From NCBI GenBank assembly GCA_963693365.1, contig CAVNZM010000017.1:2471527-2535526 (forward strand): DNA of 64,000 nt. The letters are read 5' to 3'. Below, one piece after another: positions 62,032-64,000 of this stretch; the first letter of the stretch is position 1; each line of letters starts with the position of its first letter. The DNA is from Amoebidium appalachense. Its lineage: Eukaryota; Protista; Ichthyosporea. The position numbers and the translations under genes are program-made. The notes beneath the pieces were generated by a model. That model had not been told where the DNA came from. It did no database searches and was given only the letters and a program-made list of their open reading frames with translations.

Positions 62032-62444
62032 GTCTACCACAGAGCAAGCTGCCCAATTTACAACAGAAATAAAGACTACGCCAGCAACCAATCCTGCTTC
62101 TCTGTAACTATTCAAAGCACTAGAGCCTCTTTCCCTATTCCAGGCTCCCTCGCTAGCGAACAACAGCCTTTCAATCGCAGGCCTTCCTGTTGAACGCGAA
62201 CCTTCCTGTAGATTCTAAGGAGTAGTTTTGTGGCTCATCTTAGTGCTCCTATATCTCAAAGCCTACCGCTCTTATGTAGTTACCTAAAAATAGTTAGAAC
62301 AATGGGTGGAAAAGAGACGCGTTATCTACACCTTTCTGACCTATTTACATCCTGTATACGATCAACATGGTAGCCGAAAGTGAAAACCTAAAAAAAAAAA
62401 AAAAAAAGTTTATATAGTGAAACTGCCGTGAAAGAACTGTGCGT

Positions 62445-62560
62445 TTGGGTCACGTGAAAAGAGGCGGGAAGAACTGACCAATCAATCATTTGCGATATCA
62501 CTTTCGCGAAAATATATTTTTGGCACCGATATTAAAGAAGACCCGTTTGACGTGACAGCT
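62445..62560 (-). promoter_or_regulatory. Putative IPO11 promoter
   Basis: CACGTG, GGCGGGAA (E2F-like), CCAAT and TTTCGCGAAAA cluster about 420-480 bp upstream of the ATG. Confidence 0.35.
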
Positions 62561-64000
62561 GAGCAAAATTGTACCGTAAATGACCTTTAAAAGCTATTTG
62601 CAGCGCTGTATGAATGGTCTATTTTGAATCTACCAATCGTCAATAGGAGTGTTAACGAAACGGTTGTTTGCCCTTCATTTTGCCTCCCAGCAAAGCTCTG
62701 CAATTGAAAAGCAACCCTTGAAAGGTCCCACAAAACTTACAAATAGTAAGGGCAGTACATTAGCATTAGTTACTAGGAAACTATTTTCATTTCATGAGAG
62801 GCAAAGATACACCACATACGTCAAACTATTTACCCAGAATCCTCTTAAAGCGCTTAGTTATGCAAATAAAGAGAGTGTAGAGACCATCTTTATGCCACAG
62901 GTGTATATGTACGGCCACCTTTCCCATTTTCCTATGGGCCTTTTGTTCAACCCGCATGTTAGCATCCCAATTACTGTAAGGGTACTCGAACAGGAGAGCT
63001 TAAATAATCTTTATCTTTTGAGCTTTGGAACATACACTGTATTGCTTATTTAAGAGAAGACGTTCTTCGCTACAGGGTCTCCTAAAAGCACGAGTGACCC
63101 TTTCTGATTCCGTCAGACGCCCTTATGCACTACAGGAACAGTCAGCATCACTTTCACCCGTGTCGTTATTTTCTACTGGTGGTACTGCTTGAATAATGCC
63201 TTTGGGCTCTTGGCTACAGAGTGACACCACAAGGTGTCCACACTGTCGCGGCCATGGGAGAATCAAGAAACCATGTAAGTCGCTTTCCGGTTCTCTGACT
63301 CAATCAGGCCCCTTTCTATGTTGATGTTGGGGGTATTTGGCCCTGGTGCAAGTAGGAATATATGGCGTTTGTTGGTGGGCGTTAAATCCAAAGGTCGAGC
63401 GTGTGTACATGCAATACCGGCACACAAGCTCAGGGCTGTGCCCACGAATGCATATATATGGGGGACAAGCTTGAAAAACGAAAGCACGCAAAAGATGGAG
63501 CATCCCGAAGGGTACTTCTATGTTTTGATGTAAGCTCGCTTTACAGCATGAAAGATTCCCATGTTTCTGTATTTTGGAGCATGGGTGCTTTGGTTACTTA
63601 CACAGGCAGAAAGGCAGAGGCGGAAGGGTAGCAGGGGAGTGCTACAAGACATATTCATCCAGTTTTATTTGTCATTATTTGAGCCTACCCCCCCCCCCCC
63701 CCCCCCTTTCTTAACAACCACAGACACACACACACACACACATTCTCTCTCTCTCTCCCTCTCTCCGTCTGTGATTTTTCTCTCCCTACCTCTATCCCAC
63801 ATCATATTGTTCCTACTATTTAATCTTGTGCTTCTGCCCCTATGTTATAAAACCCGTTGCCGGAAGACTTGTTACCAGCTAACCCCCCCCCCCCCCCACC
63901 TTTTCCCCTCCCTCTCTCTCTCTCTCTTTCCCCCCCCCCCCCCCCCCTCCCCAAAAGAGACACACTTGTTGCCGATAGGCTTGTTACCAGCTAACTCCCT

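Noticed and set aside
63050-63640. Possible terminal exon(s) of a further minus-strand gene (CGHLVVSLCSQEPKG...DCSCSA*)
   Set aside because: No recognisable homology and no convincing exon chain within the window.

Overview
Intron-rich eukaryotic genomic DNA; the organism cannot be identified from the sequence alone. Nearly all ORFs in the supplied track are artefacts of poly-C/poly-G, (CA)n and (CT)n tracts. Splicing GT-AG exons by hand, with reading phase checked at each junction, gives five genes: (1) the 3' part of an unknown SAM-like plus Ig-like protein (+); (2) Mps1/TTK kinase (+); (3) an EamA/WAT1-like transporter (+); (4) a hemerythrin HHE-domain protein (+); (5) a 23-exon importin-11 (-). 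The window also holds a 5'-truncated, frameshifted APE-type non-LTR retrotransposon and a TIR-bounded MITE. Two patterns are not explained by this annotation. First, an intronic repeat family of about 11 copies shares one end (…GCATTCAAA) fused to a poly-C run, is variably truncated at the other end, and is always in the host gene's sense orientation; this suggests a poly(C)-targeting or poly(C)-tailed retroelement that may seed the genome's homopolymers. Second, decayed tandem duplications repeatedly straddle splice junctions (at least 8 junctions), creating decoy donors and acceptors; one copy differs from its exon only at synonymous sites.
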